Source: Candidatus Omnitrophota bacterium
GTDB lineage: Bacteria; Omnitrophota; Gorgyraeia; 2-01-FULL-45-10
NCBI GenBank assembly: GCA_028699255.1
Contig: JAQVUX010000005.1
Coordinates: 35,944-99,943, forward strand
Direction of reading: 5' to 3'
DNA length: 64,000 nucleotides
Part shown: piece by piece, positions 18,515 through 27,852 of the stretch
Layout: each line of letters begins with the position of its first letter
Numbering within the stretch: the stretch's first letter is position 1
Notes under the pieces: model-generated
What the model was told of the DNA's origin: nothing
Databases searched by the model: none
Seen by the model: the letters and a program-made list of their open reading frames with translations, nothing else
Program-made: the position numbers and the translations under genes

Positions 18515-21500
18515 CTATCTCTTCTCCTTGCCTATTAGTTTTAAGAACATATCTACGACCTTCGGATCAAAATGCGTCCCCGAATCTTTTCTTATCATAT
18601 CCATAGCCGCCTTTTTCGAGAACGCTTTTCGATACGGACGGTTTGATGTCAGCGCCTGGTAAACATCGGCCACAGCTATTATACGGGCGCCTAACGGTAT
18701 CTCTTCGCCTTTTAAACCGGCCGGATATCCCTTACCGTCCCATCTTTCATGGTGATACAATACCAGCGGAATTATGTCATGCATGAACTGTATCGGTCTT
18801 ATAATATCGGCCGCGATCTGCGGATGCCGCTTTATTGCGTCAAACTCTTTTTTGGTAAGTTTTGATTTCTTAAGCAGTATCTTATCGCTTATCCCTATCT
18901 TTCCAAGGTCGTGCAGTATAGACGCCTCTTTTATATTCTCTATATCGTCCTGCGGGAGATGAAGCTTGGAGGCCAGCTGAGTCGCGTAATGGACGGTGTC
19001 CTCTACATGTTCACCCGTATAATGATCTTTCAACTCTATCGTTTTGGCGAATGCGAATATGAACTCCACCAAACTCTGCTTACCGCTACGACTCAACTTA
19101 TCTATCTTCTCCTTAAGGAACCTGATATCGGTCGGCTCCACACCTTTCGGCATCATGTCCTTCTTGTTGGAGAGATCGTATGAGGAGAAAACCCTGTTGC
19201 CGCCGACTTCTTTAACCTTGGAAAGTATTTTATCGGCGGTATTTATAAGATCCAATCCGCGCGCCATACCGGTATCCGGATATGCCGCCACGGCAACGCT
19301 CAACTTTAATTTGACAACATGGCTCTTATTGCCGAAATTGTACAACCCGACCGCGTCCAGGATCCTCTGGGCCATTATCTGTCCTTTACCCTGATCCACA
19401 CCGGGAGATATTATAAGAAATTCTTCTCCTCCGTAACGTATCACGGTATCGTATTTGCGCACCATCTTCGTCAGGTAGGCGGCAAACTGTTTTAATACTA
19501 TATCACCGAACTCATGGCCGTATACATCATTTATAGATTTAAAATAATCTATATCGAGCATAACTACGGACAGCGATAGTCCATATCGTCTGGCACGGTA
19601 AAACTCGGCTTCTATAACTTCCTTCAGGTATTGATGGTTATATAAACCGGTCAGCGTATCTTTTAATGCGAGTTTCTCGAGACGCGCATTTGACTTTATA
19701 AGTTCTTTATTCAACTTGACGCGTTCCGATTCGGCCTTATTTCTTTCCGCGATCGTCTTGGCGTTCTCCAATGCGACGGCGGCGCTGGCGGCAAGACCCT
19801 GCAACATAAATACGTCTTCCGCATCAAACGGCAACCCCTGATTCTTATTATGTATCTCGAAACAACCCAAGAGCTCACCATTGCGATTAAGCACCGGTAC
19901 ATTGACGAGATTACGCAACGAGAATGTCTTCTGAAAATCCACGGCAACATGGCTGTCGTGTTCTGCATCATTAGCTATGTACGGTTTCGATGTATCTATA
20001 ACCCAGCCCGGCAAACTTGGCCCATGAGAAAAGGAATAGTCAACCGGCTCTATCTTCCCCTCTCTTACGTATTCCACAAATTTCATTTTGCTGTCTTCAA
20101 GCAACCCCGCCATGCCCCCCGAGGCATCAACAAGCTCCATGGCGGCGGTAACGAGCGTTCGCATAATAACCGGTATCTCCAAAATAGCATTTATGTGCTG
20201 ACTCGTGCGGGATAGTATCTCCAGCTGGTAATCGCGGCGCAATATCGCCTCTTCCTGCAACTTACGCTTGGTTATGTCTCTCGCGGTCGCGAAATTATAC
20301 TCACTGCCTTCGTATTCGAGATAATTCACGCACACCTCGACCGGCAGAAGTATACCGTCCTTTTTCCTATGGGCGGTCTCGAATGTAAAAGACCTGCGTT
20401 CCTTTAACTCCTTCCAATGCTCCGACCATCTTTCTTTTTGGAAATCCGGATCTATGTCGGCTATCTTCATGGAAAGCAACTCGTCCTGAGAATAGCCGAG
20501 CATCTTACAGGCCATTTCATTTACATACATGATCCGCGCGTCAACTCCTACCCAAAAGATAGCATCCGAAGCGTTATCTATGGAAAACCGCGCCAGATGC
20601 GATATATCTTCCGCGCTACGGCGCTCTTCCTCTACGCCGATTGCGGAAGCTATTATCTCCATTATCTTTTTATCATCATCGGCAGGCTCAAAATCATATT
20701 TATAAAGAGCGCAGAGAGAGCCTACATAAGTGCCGCCAAATTTTACCGCACAGCCAAGATACGTCCTTAATTCGTAGGCTGAAATGCTCTTATCTGTCCC
20801 GGCATACTCCGTATCCGGAAGGTTACCGACAACCAATACGCCGGCGGACTGACGTTTAATAACTTCATAGCATACATGGCCTTCGGCACTATCCTTCTGC
20901 GCAAAACCTTCCGGCACCCGCCACTGACCGCACGCGCGTAAAACCCCTTCCTCAAGCCGATTATACAATGCATAATCGGCACCGAGAAGATCGCCGCACA
21001 AGGCGGTAAGGCGATTTATGTTTTCGACGGGATTAGGACCAAAAGCAAGAAATGTTTCATTTATCTTCGCCAGACTCTCTTCGAGTTTTTTGCGCTCGCT
21101 TATGTCGCGGACTACCGAAAGAAGATGGTATTTACCGCCCACTACGGCGCGCCTCAAATTGACCTCGACCCAGAACTGCCTGCCAACCTTATCTTTGCAC
21201 ACCCATTCAAATAACTGCGGCTCACCGTTTACCGCCTTATTCATAAGACGTTTTGCCTCCTGGGCGGTGAAAGGCTCCTGGAGTATCCCGAGGTCGTAAA
21301 TGGTAAGTTTAAGTATCTCTTCCTTGGGGTAGCAATACATCTCGCAGGCCTTCTCGTTGGCATCTATTATCCTGGCCTGCTCGATCTCGCTTATGAATAT
21401 GGCGTCGCTGGCGGCATTGAATATGGCGCTATACGTGGATTCGCAAAAACGATTCAAAACATCATCTATGCGCTTACGGGCATCGTCGCCGGATTCCAGG

Positions 21501-21571
21501 CTCGCGATCTTGCGACGCAGGGCCTCCAGGTCCAACTCCAATTCTTCTACCGAACGCTTTTTTTCATCCAT
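18515..21571 (-). CDS. multidomain c-di-GMP turnover protein (PAS/GAF sensors, GGDEF with GGEEF motif, C-terminal HD-GYP)
   Basis: 1018 aa with RYGGEEF (an intact diguanylate cyclase site) and HD...HHERWDGKGYP (HD-GYP phosphodiesterase). Confidence 0.85.
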   Translation of the reverse strand: MDEKKRSVEELELDLEALRRKIASLESGDDARKRIDDVLNRFCESTYSAIFNAASDAIFISEIEQARIIDANEKACEMYCYPKEEILKLTIYDLGILQEPFTAQEAKRLMNKAVNGEPQLFEWVCKDKVGRQFWVEVNLRRAVVGGKYHLLSVVRDISERKKLEESLAKINETFLAFGPNPVENINRLTALCGDLLGADYALYNRLEEGVLRACGQWRVPEGFAQKDSAEGHVCYEVIKRQSAGVLVVGNLPDTEYAGTDKSISAYELRTYLGCAVKFGGTYVGSLCALYKYDFEPADDDKKIMEIIASAIGVEEERRSAEDISHLARFSIDNASDAIFWVGVDARIMYVNEMACKMLGYSQDELLSMKIADIDPDFQKERWSEHWKELKERRSFTFETAHRKKDGILLPVEVCVNYLEYEGSEYNFATARDITKRKLQEEAILRRDYQLEILSRTSQHINAILEIPVIMRTLVTAAMELVDASGGMAGLLEDSKMKFVEYVREGKIEPVDYSFSHGPSLPGWVIDTSKPYIANDAEHDSHVAVDFQKTFSLRNLVNVPVLNRNGELLGCFEIHNKNQGLPFDAEDVFMLQGLAASAAVALENAKTIAERNKAESERVKLNKELIKSNARLEKLALKDTLTGLYNHQYLKEVIEAEFYRARRYGLSLSVVMLDIDYFKSINDVYGHEFGDIVLKQFAAYLTKMVRKYDTVIRYGGEEFLIISPGVDQGKGQIMAQRILDAVGLYNFGNKSHVVKLKLSVAVAAYPDTGMARGLDLINTADKILSKVKEVGGNRVFSSYDLSNKKDMMPKGVEPTDIRFLKEKIDKLSRSGKQSLVEFIFAFAKTIELKDHYTGEHVEDTVHYATQLASKLHLPQDDIENIKEASILHDLGKIGISDKILLKKSKLTKKEFDAIKRHPQIAADIIRPIQFMHDIIPLVLYHHERWDGKGYPAGLKGEEIPLGARIIAVADVYQALTSNRPYRKAFSKKAAMDMIRKDSGTHFDPKVVDMFLKLIGKEKR

Positions 21572-21735
21572 TTACATGCCCTTTACGCTTAGGTTTGGTA
21601 GTGATTAGTATACTATCTTTTCCAATGCGTGTCAAATAAAGCGGCTATCATATGATAAATTAGGCAAATTTGCATATTTTATTTAAATTAAAATTGATTT
21701 GACTTTTTTGCATATTTTATGCTACCCTTTTATCT

Positions 21736-22338
21736 ATGAGAAATAGCATTAAAAACGATGATGCGCCGCTGGTTGAGGCTTGTATACAGAAGGATGCCGA
21801 GGCGTGGACCGCGCTGATAAGCAAATATTCCTCCCTGGTAAACACGTCCATATCCAACCGGCTCAGAAAATACGGCTTCAACCCGTCGTGTGAAGAGACT
21901 GAAGATATACGCCAGAACCTGTTCGTTTCCATCTGGACTTCCGGGAAGCTTGAAAAAGTACGGAATAGGCGCAATATTGCCTATTGGCTCGCGATCGTCG
22001 CCGGCAATGCCGCCATAGCGCACATGCGTCAAAAGATGGGCGCGGAAACAATTAAATTCGTACCGCTACTCGAAACCGAAGAGACTGAGGCTCTAATAAC
22101 CACCCCAGTAATCGACGATCTTGGCCCAGGTTTATTGGATCATGAAAATCTGGTCGAAACGATAGAGCGCTCTATAGAAAAACTGCCGCCGAAGGAACAA
22201 TTAGTCACAAAACTGAACCTTTTGCATAGCATGGGGTATCGCGAGATAGCTGAAATGTTAAAAATACCGACCGGGACAGTTTCAAGTTATATTAAGAGAG
22301 CAAAAGATAAGCTAAAAGAAGAATTAAAAAAAATATGA
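21736..22338 (+). CDS. ECF-family RNA polymerase sigma factor (sigma-70 regions 2 and 4 only)
   Basis: 200 aa with region 2 (DAEAWTALISKYSSLV) and a region 4 helix-turn-helix (YREIAEMLKIPTGTVSSYIKRAK). Confidence 0.85.
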   Translation: MRNSIKNDDAPLVEACIQKDAEAWTALISKYSSLVNTSISNRLRKYGFNPSCEETEDIRQNLFVSIWTSGKLEKVRNRRNIAYWLAIVAGNAAIAHMRQKMGAETIKFVPLLETEETEALITTPVIDDLGPGLLDHENLVETIERSIEKLPPKEQLVTKLNLLHSMGYREIAEMLKIPTGTVSSYIKRAKDKLKEELKKI

Positions 22339-22343
22339 ACTAT

Positions 22344-22384
22344 TTTTGCAACAAAATCCTGTTTTGACCGTCTATATAGTGAGG
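22344..22384 (+). promoter_or_regulatory. ECF-type promoter motif, copy 1 (GCAAC-N16-CGTC then TATATAGTGAGG)
   Basis: The sequence TTTTGCAACAAAATCCTGTTTTGACCGTCTATATAGTGAGG lies 27 nt upstream of the anti-sigma ATG. It is identical over 41 nt to copy 2 at 23137. Confidence 0.6.
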
Positions 22385-22410
22385 AGACATATTTTTAAGA
22401 AAGGCGCATT

Positions 22411-22857
22411 ATGAAAAATACAAAAGATACGATTGGTGATCATCCGGACGCAATAAAACTTGCGGACTATCTGGATAACCTATTATCCGGCAAGGAGATG
22501 CGCGATATTGAAAAACACGTAGCCTCTTGCAATGAATGTCGCGTTCGACTGATATCCTCATATGAATCGGTAAAGCAGTTCAAGGGATCGACTCGCAGTG
22601 ATAAAAGAAAGGCTAAAAACATGGGAAGGGTCAACTTCTATCTTATTTTGGCAATAATATCTTTCTCGCTATCCTTTATTCTCCCCCACCACTTCCTACA
22701 GTTACTGGTAGCTACTCTGCTTTTGGGCGCAAAGTGGGTTGCTGACTCAAAGTCTACAAAGATGCTCGTCATGATCCATGAGGCATGGAAGACGGGCGGA
22801 GAACGCGGCGCATCGGAAGTCATTAAAAGATTCGATCGCGTCGGCCATAAGGTATAA
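22411..22857 (+). CDS. membrane-anchored zinc-finger anti-sigma factor (zf-HC2)
   Basis: HVASCNEC (HxxxCxxC) at the N-terminus, one TM helix (VNFYLILAIISFSLSFIL), and a position directly downstream of the ECF sigma gene. Confidence 0.7.
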   Translation: MKNTKDTIGDHPDAIKLADYLDNLLSGKEMRDIEKHVASCNECRVRLISSYESVKQFKGSTRSDKRKAKNMGRVNFYLILAIISFSLSFILPHHFLQLLVATLLLGAKWVADSKSTKMLVMIHEAWKTGGERGASEVIKRFDRVGHKV

Positions 22858-22861
22858 AAAA

Positions 22862-22935
22862 AGAAGAAGCGGTTTAACCTTTCCGAAAGAAATCCTTCGC
22901 TGATCAATTCTTCTGGCTTTTTGCCACCCTCTTTC
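22862..22935 (+). terminator. candidate terminator of the sigma/anti-sigma operon
   Basis: The imperfect hairpin GAAGAAGCG...CGC..TTCTTC is followed by TGGCTTTTTGCC. Confidence 0.3.
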
Positions 22936-23136
22936 AAGGACCACCGATCAGCTTGGCGCTCTATCCAATTATCGGATATCGCATTCGGACCGTTTGTTTG
23001 GCCCGTACTTCCTTCGTAAGGCTAAGCCCCTCTTCTACTATTAATGATATCACATACCATAAACATTTGCAATACCTATGCTGTTAACTTTTTCATTATT
23101 AACATTTCCATCCTGTGGCGAAAAAAATATCACTTT

Positions 23137-23180
23137 TTTTTGCAACAAAATCCTGTTTTGACCGTCTATATAGTGAGGGG
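23137..23180 (+). promoter_or_regulatory. ECF-type promoter motif, copy 2, upstream of spoVG
   Basis: GCAAC at 23142-23146, a 16-nt spacer, then CGTC at 23163-23166 followed by TATATAGTGAGGGG. It lies 68 nt upstream of the spoVG ATG. Confidence 0.6.
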
Positions 23181-23230
23181 AGTTGTAAACTCGCAAGCGA
23201 TAGTTAACAGAAATAACTTATCGAAAGGAG

Positions 23231-23500
23231 GTGATCAGTATGATGGAAGACTTAAAACTCACAGTGACCCGGTTACACAAGCTGGACGGAACAGGCGCGA
23301 CGAAAGCATTTTGCGACCTATCCGTATTCGATAGCATCGTGATAAACGGACTGAGAGTCGTTGAAGGCAAGGACGGGCTGTTTGTAAGCATGCCCAGAGA
23401 GGAAGGAAAGGACGGCAAGTGGTACAACACCGTCTTCCCGCTAAAACGGGAGGTTAAAGACGAGATCGAGCGGATAGTGCTCGAAGCGTATGGAGGATAG
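23231..23500 (+). CDS. spoVG: SpoVG-family nucleic-acid-binding protein
   Basis: 89 aa (LKLTVTRLHKLDGTGATKAFCDLSVFDSIVINGLRVVEGKDGLFVSMP) with a GGAGG RBS. Confidence 0.85.
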   Translation: MISMMEDLKLTVTRLHKLDGTGATKAFCDLSVFDSIVINGLRVVEGKDGLFVSMPREEGKDGKWYNTVFPLKREVKDEIERIVLEAYGG

Positions 23501-23505
23501 TTGAA

Positions 23506-23880
23506 GTGGGCCGAGAGAACAAAATGATCGGGGCGATGGGCGAAGACGCGGCTTGCCGGTTTCTGGAAAAAAACGGCTACGAAATACTGGAGCGGAACTT
23601 CAGGACGGTCTTCGGTGAGATCGACATAATAGCCAGGCGGCGCGGAATAACCGTATTCGTTGAGGTTAAAACCCGAGCTTCATCCTCTCTCGGCCCGCCC
23701 TTCATTTCGATAACGAAGATAAAACAGTTGCACATGATACGAAACGCTCTGGCATATCTGAAGATACGCGGCAGAGTATATTCTGATTGGAGGATAGATG
23801 TGGCATCGGTGATATTCGACAGCATGCATAATCTTAAATCTGTAGAAATGATCGAGAACGCCGTAACGGAGGATAACTAA
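23506..23880 (+). CDS. yraN: YraN/UPF0102-family predicted endonuclease
   Basis: The motifs GEDAACRFLEKNGYEILERNFR..GEIDIIA and VEVK are present. It lies immediately upstream of comM/yifB, as in many genomes. Confidence 0.8.
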   Translation: MGRENKMIGAMGEDAACRFLEKNGYEILERNFRTVFGEIDIIARRRGITVFVEVKTRASSSLGPPFISITKIKQLHMIRNALAYLKIRGRVYSDWRIDVASVIFDSMHNLKSVEMIENAVTEDN

Positions 23881-25413
23881 ATGATAGCGAAGGTATTTTC
23901 CAGTTGTGTTATAGGTGTAGACGCTTACGAGGTAGCGGTAGAGACAGATACGGGCGGAGGGTTGCCTGGAATAAATATTGTGGGATTACCAGACGCTTCC
24001 GTAAAGGAATCGCGCGACAGGATAAAATCGGCGATAAAAAATTCGGGATTCTCCTTCCCCACCAGAAAAGTAACGATAAACTTAGCGCCCGCAGATGTGA
24101 AGAAAGAAGGCGCTTTATTTGACTTACCCATCGCGTTATCGGTGATCATGTCCGAAGGCCTGATAGAACGCGCGAACCTGGAAGATTTCGTATTTCTCGG
24201 AGAGCTTTCGCTCGACGGCCGGATAAAGCCGGTAAAAGGGGCTTTACCTATCGCCATGGCTTTAAAAAACATGAAGAAAAAAATACTCGTCCTCCCCGCC
24301 GATAATTCCCGGGAGGTTGCGATGGTAACGGATGCAAAGATATATCCGGTAACTGCATTAAAAGATGTGGTCGAATTTTTAAACGGCAAACTCGAAATCA
24401 AACCGCAGGAACAGAATGCCGGTTGCATAGTAAAACGCGTCCCGAAATACCGCGTGGATTTTAACGACGTCAAAGGGCAGGAACATGTAAAACGCGGACT
24501 GGAAGTCGCGGCCGCCGGATCTCACAACGTCCTGCTGATTGGGCCGCCGGGTTCTGGAAAGAGCATGTTGGCAAAGCGCCTTCCTACCATACTCTCCGAT
24601 ATGACGCTCGAGGAAAGCCTGGAAACCTCAAAGATACAGAGCGTGGCCGGATTATTGCCGCCAAATAAAGGCTTGAGCATAACGCGACCGTTTCGCTCTC
24701 CGCACCACACGATTTCGGATGCCGCGCTTGTCGGAGGCGGGACGAATCCAGCACCAGGAGAAATAAGCCTGGCTCATAACGGCGTATTGTTTTTAGATGA
24801 GCTTCCGGAATTCAAAAAAAGTGTCCTCGAAGTCATGAGACAACCGCTCGAGGACGGCACCATAACCATATCTCGTGTAGCCAACCGGCTAACTTTCCCT
24901 TCGAAATTCATGCTCGTCGCCGCCATGAACCCCTGCCCGTGCGGATATTTTACCGACCCGAAACGCGAATGCCACTGCTCCCCTTTCCAAATACAGTCCT
25001 ATCTTTCAAAGATATCCGGGCCGCTTCTGGACAGGATAGACATCCACCTCGATGTCCCTCGCCTGAAATTAGAGAATCTGACGGACAAGCGCCGGGGCGA
25101 ACCGTCCGAAGAGATACGCAAGCGGGTTGATATCGCAAGAGATATTCAAAAACAGCGGTACAAAAGCGAAGGCGTGCATTTCAACGCGCATCTCGAGTCG
25201 AAGGAACTGGAAAAATTCTGCGTTCTCGCTAAAGAAGGTGAGGAGCTTCTAAAGCTCGCGATATTGGAACTTGGCATCTCCGCCCGGGCTTACGACAAAA
25301 TACTTAAAGTCGCGCGCACGATCGCCGACCTCGACGGTAAAGAGATCATTGAATCTCATCACATATCGGAGGCGATATCATACAGGAGCCTGGACAGGAA
25401 TTTGTGGGGATAA
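23881..25413 (+). CDS. comM: Mg-chelatase-like AAA+ protein YifB/ComM
   Basis: 510 aa with an N-terminal Lon-like domain, Walker A GPPGSGKS, Walker B/sensor (FLDELPEF) and a C-terminal helix-hairpin-helix region. Confidence 0.9.
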   Translation: MIAKVFSSCVIGVDAYEVAVETDTGGGLPGINIVGLPDASVKESRDRIKSAIKNSGFSFPTRKVTINLAPADVKKEGALFDLPIALSVIMSEGLIERANLEDFVFLGELSLDGRIKPVKGALPIAMALKNMKKKILVLPADNSREVAMVTDAKIYPVTALKDVVEFLNGKLEIKPQEQNAGCIVKRVPKYRVDFNDVKGQEHVKRGLEVAAAGSHNVLLIGPPGSGKSMLAKRLPTILSDMTLEESLETSKIQSVAGLLPPNKGLSITRPFRSPHHTISDAALVGGGTNPAPGEISLAHNGVLFLDELPEFKKSVLEVMRQPLEDGTITISRVANRLTFPSKFMLVAAMNPCPCGYFTDPKRECHCSPFQIQSYLSKISGPLLDRIDIHLDVPRLKLENLTDKRRGEPSEEIRKRVDIARDIQKQRYKSEGVHFNAHLESKELEKFCVLAKEGEELLKLAILELGISARAYDKILKVARTIADLDGKEIIESHHISEAISYRSLDRNLWG

Positions 25414-25433
25414 ACAAAAAAAGGATAAATATA

Positions 25434-25973
25434 ATGGTAAAAGAAGAAATAAAGAATAGTATGCTTGTGCCTCAAGAAATCGTGGAAAGCAAAATATTTA
25501 TATTTCGAGATAAAAAAGTTATGTTTGATAAAGACTTGGCTACACTTTACGGAGTTAGCGTTAAATATTTAAAACGACAGGTGCGCAGAAATATGGTCCG
25601 TTTTCCCACGGATTTTATGTTTCAGCTGACACAAGAAGAGTTAAAAATTTGGAGGCGCCAATTTGGCACCTCCAATTCAGCTGATAAAATGGGGCTACGC
25701 TACCCACCGTTTGCATTCACCGAGCCTGGAGTAGCCATGCTTTCTTCAGCTCTTAATAGTAAAAGGGCCATTCAGGTAAATATTCAGATCATAAGGACAT
25801 TTATTAAATTGCGCGAGATGTTATTAACACATGCTGAATTAAAACGTAAAATAGAGGAAATGGAAGGAAAATATGACCAGCAGTTTCAAATTGTATTTGA
25901 CGCAATAAGAGAGCTTTTAACACCTCCGGAGAAACTAAAAAGGCGTATAGGATTTCATACATACGATGATTAA
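25434..25973 (+). CDS. ORF6N-domain protein (KilA-N-like, phage anti-repressor-associated fold)
   Basis: 179 aa with FRDKKVMFDKDLATLYGVSVKYLKRQVRRNMVRFPTDFMFQLTQEE. The coding sequence is markedly AT-rich (about 35% GC) against about 50% in its neighbours. Confidence 0.7.
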   Translation: MVKEEIKNSMLVPQEIVESKIFIFRDKKVMFDKDLATLYGVSVKYLKRQVRRNMVRFPTDFMFQLTQEELKIWRRQFGTSNSADKMGLRYPPFAFTEPGVAMLSSALNSKRAIQVNIQIIRTFIKLREMLLTHAELKRKIEEMEGKYDQQFQIVFDAIRELLTPPEKLKRRIGFHTYDD

Positions 25974-25983
25974 AATTTAAAAT

Positions 25984-26012
25984 TAGTAGGACGCCCTTAA
26001 GGGTGCTCCTAC
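25984..26012. terminator. bidirectional terminator hairpin between convergent ORF6N and SemiSWEET genes
   Basis: GTAGGACGCCCTTAAGGGTGCTCCTAC is an imperfect stem of about 11 bp with a bulge. It is flanked by A/T tracts on both sides. Confidence 0.45.
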
Positions 26013-26038
26013 ATTGGAAACTTAGAAGGGAATTGGGG

Positions 26039-26290
26039 TTAGCGGTATTTGAGTTTCATCGCGATGATGATGGAGCTGAGGATAAGGGTAATGCCATTGG
26101 CAAGGATAACGGGCCATTCCATGATCACGATACCGTAGATCAGCCAAAAAAATACGCCGCAGAAAAATATACAGAACGTCGCCAGAGATAAGTCTTTCGC
26201 GTCCTTTGTCTTGTATATTTTTATAACTTGCGGCACAAATGCAACCGTGGTTAAAGTTCCGGCTATGAGCCCCAATATTAAATGTGCCAT
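26039..26290 (-). CDS. SemiSWEET/PQ-loop small membrane transporter (three TM helices)
   Basis: The likely start is [11 protein letters not shown]. Three TM helices and a PQ-loop-like motif (VPQVIKIYKTK) are present. Confidence 0.6.
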   Translation of the reverse strand: MAHLILGLIAGTLTTVAFVPQVIKIYKTKDAKDLSLATFCIFFCGVFFWLIYGIVIMEWPVILANGITLILSSIIIAMKLKYR

Positions 26291-27852
26291 TTTTTCCTTT
26301 TCAATAGCAGAGTATAACCTATAGTTATCAATACACACATATACGCGAATACATCCCCATAAAGCGTATAGAACGTCTTCGTCCTTGTAAGGGTTATCTC
26401 GTGAACCGCAAATCCATCTACAAATACCGATTCTCCCCCAGATAATACACTATCTATAATTTCACCCTTTTGATTAATAAAACACGAAACCCCTGTATTC
26501 GCCGCTCGTATCACATTAACCCTGTTCTCCACCGCGCGAAAGATGGAACTTTCGGCGTGCTGATATGCCGCGCTTGTCTTCCAGAACCACGCGTCATTCG
26601 TCATGTTCACCAGAAAATTGGCTCCGCCGGCGACAAATTTTCGCGCAAGGCCGGGGAATATATCCTCAAAGCATATAAGCGTCGAGAACCTGGCCTTCTT
26701 CGCGCTATGCCATACCCCATCTTTGTCCCTGGCGCTCTTTTTTACAAAAATCTCAAATACCGTATACTCTTTTCCGGCGGAAAAATCCCCTATCGGCGAC
26801 GGCGCGAAGTTCTCGACGAACGCGAATAATTTCCTGAGCGGAACATACTCTCCGAACGGGACAAGATGCATCTTGTCGTAACGGCCTACCACACCTCCGA
26901 CGGAATCAATCAGCACGGCACTGTTATAATACGCCTCCATCCGGCCCGGGTCTTCACGCGGGGTACCCACAAGTATCGGCACACTGATATCCTTCGCGAG
27001 TTTCGTCACTCTCGTTAAAAGCTCCGGCTCCGACTCCATAAAACCGGGCACAGATGTCTCCGGCCATATTATAAGTTCGGGATCGCGGGCAACGGCCAGG
27101 CGCGTCAGGTGTTCATATTTATCCAGGATGTCTTTTTGAAAAGACGGATCCCACTTTTTTGCCTGAGGTATGTTGCCCTGAACCACGGCAACCTTAAGCG
27201 TATTGCCGGTAAAAACGTTGCGCGTCCTCATGACACCGTAATACAGAACCGCGAACAAGAGGATCGTCGCCAACATGAGTGAGGTAAGCTTGTAATCCTT
27301 CTTCCGGATCTCTTTTATAGTCAGGAATATAGCGGCATTGACAAAGACTACCAGAAAACTGACTCCGTATACGCCGGTATAATCGGCGATCTGTATTACC
27401 GGCAGGGTAAAACTCTGCGAGTATCCCAAAAGCGCCCATCCGAATCCCGTAATAAAATGCGACCTGACAAGTTCCAGCGCTACCCACACGGCGGGAATGG
27501 ATAAAAGCAGGTGCAGGCGTTTTATGGATCCTGAATCGTAGTTTACAGACCGGAAAAACCTATTGCAGGCAAGTCCAAAAAGGCCAAAGTATAACGCGAG
27601 GTATAGAACTATTATTATCATTCCGGGAAGAGTTACATGAATGAGCCAGTATATCGTACCGAGAAAAAACAGGATACCCGCTATGTATGATATGAGGAAG
27701 GCTTTGAACGGTCTTTTATTTTCAATAGCAAAAAATAATGGGACAAAACCGAACCACGCGAGGCCCTCGAAATTGAAATCGGGAAATGAGAGCGTTAATA
27801 ATACGGCGGATATTATCGGCAATACTATACGTTTCATCATTTGCCGCAACAC
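26278..27852 (-). CDS. lnt: apolipoprotein N-acyltransferase
   Basis: 524 aa with an N-terminal multi-TM domain and a C-terminal nitrilase-like CN hydrolase domain (catalytic triad context IWPETSVPG; C in LICFE). Confidence 0.85.
   Translation of the reverse strand: MLRQMMKRIVLPIISAVLLTLSFPDFNFEGLAWFGFVPLFFAIENKRPFKAFLISYIAGILFFLGTIYWLIHVTLPGMIIIVLYLALYFGLFGLACNRFFRSVNYDSGSIKRLHLLLSIPAVWVALELVRSHFITGFGWALLGYSQSFTLPVIQIADYTGVYGVSFLVVFVNAAIFLTIKEIRKKDYKLTSLMLATILLFAVLYYGVMRTRNVFTGNTLKVAVVQGNIPQAKKWDPSFQKDILDKYEHLTRLAVARDPELIIWPETSVPGFMESEPELLTRVTKLAKDISVPILVGTPREDPGRMEAYYNSAVLIDSVGGVVGRYDKMHLVPFGEYVPLRKLFAFVENFAPSPIGDFSAGKEYTVFEIFVKKSARDKDGVWHSAKKARFSTLICFEDIFPGLARKFVAGGANFLVNMTNDAWFWKTSAAYQHAESSIFRAVENRVNVIRAANTGVSCFINQKGEIIDSVLSGGESVFVDGFAVHEITLTRTKTFYTLYGDVFAYMCVLITIGYTLLLKRKKWHI

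Noticed and set aside
22858-23136. Possible structured ncRNA (6S or SRP-like) in the 370-nt anti-sigma to spoVG gap
   Set aside because: Some local palindromes (CCAATTATCGG) are present, but no conserved SRP domain IV, 6S or tmRNA motifs could be identified by eye. Left uncalled.
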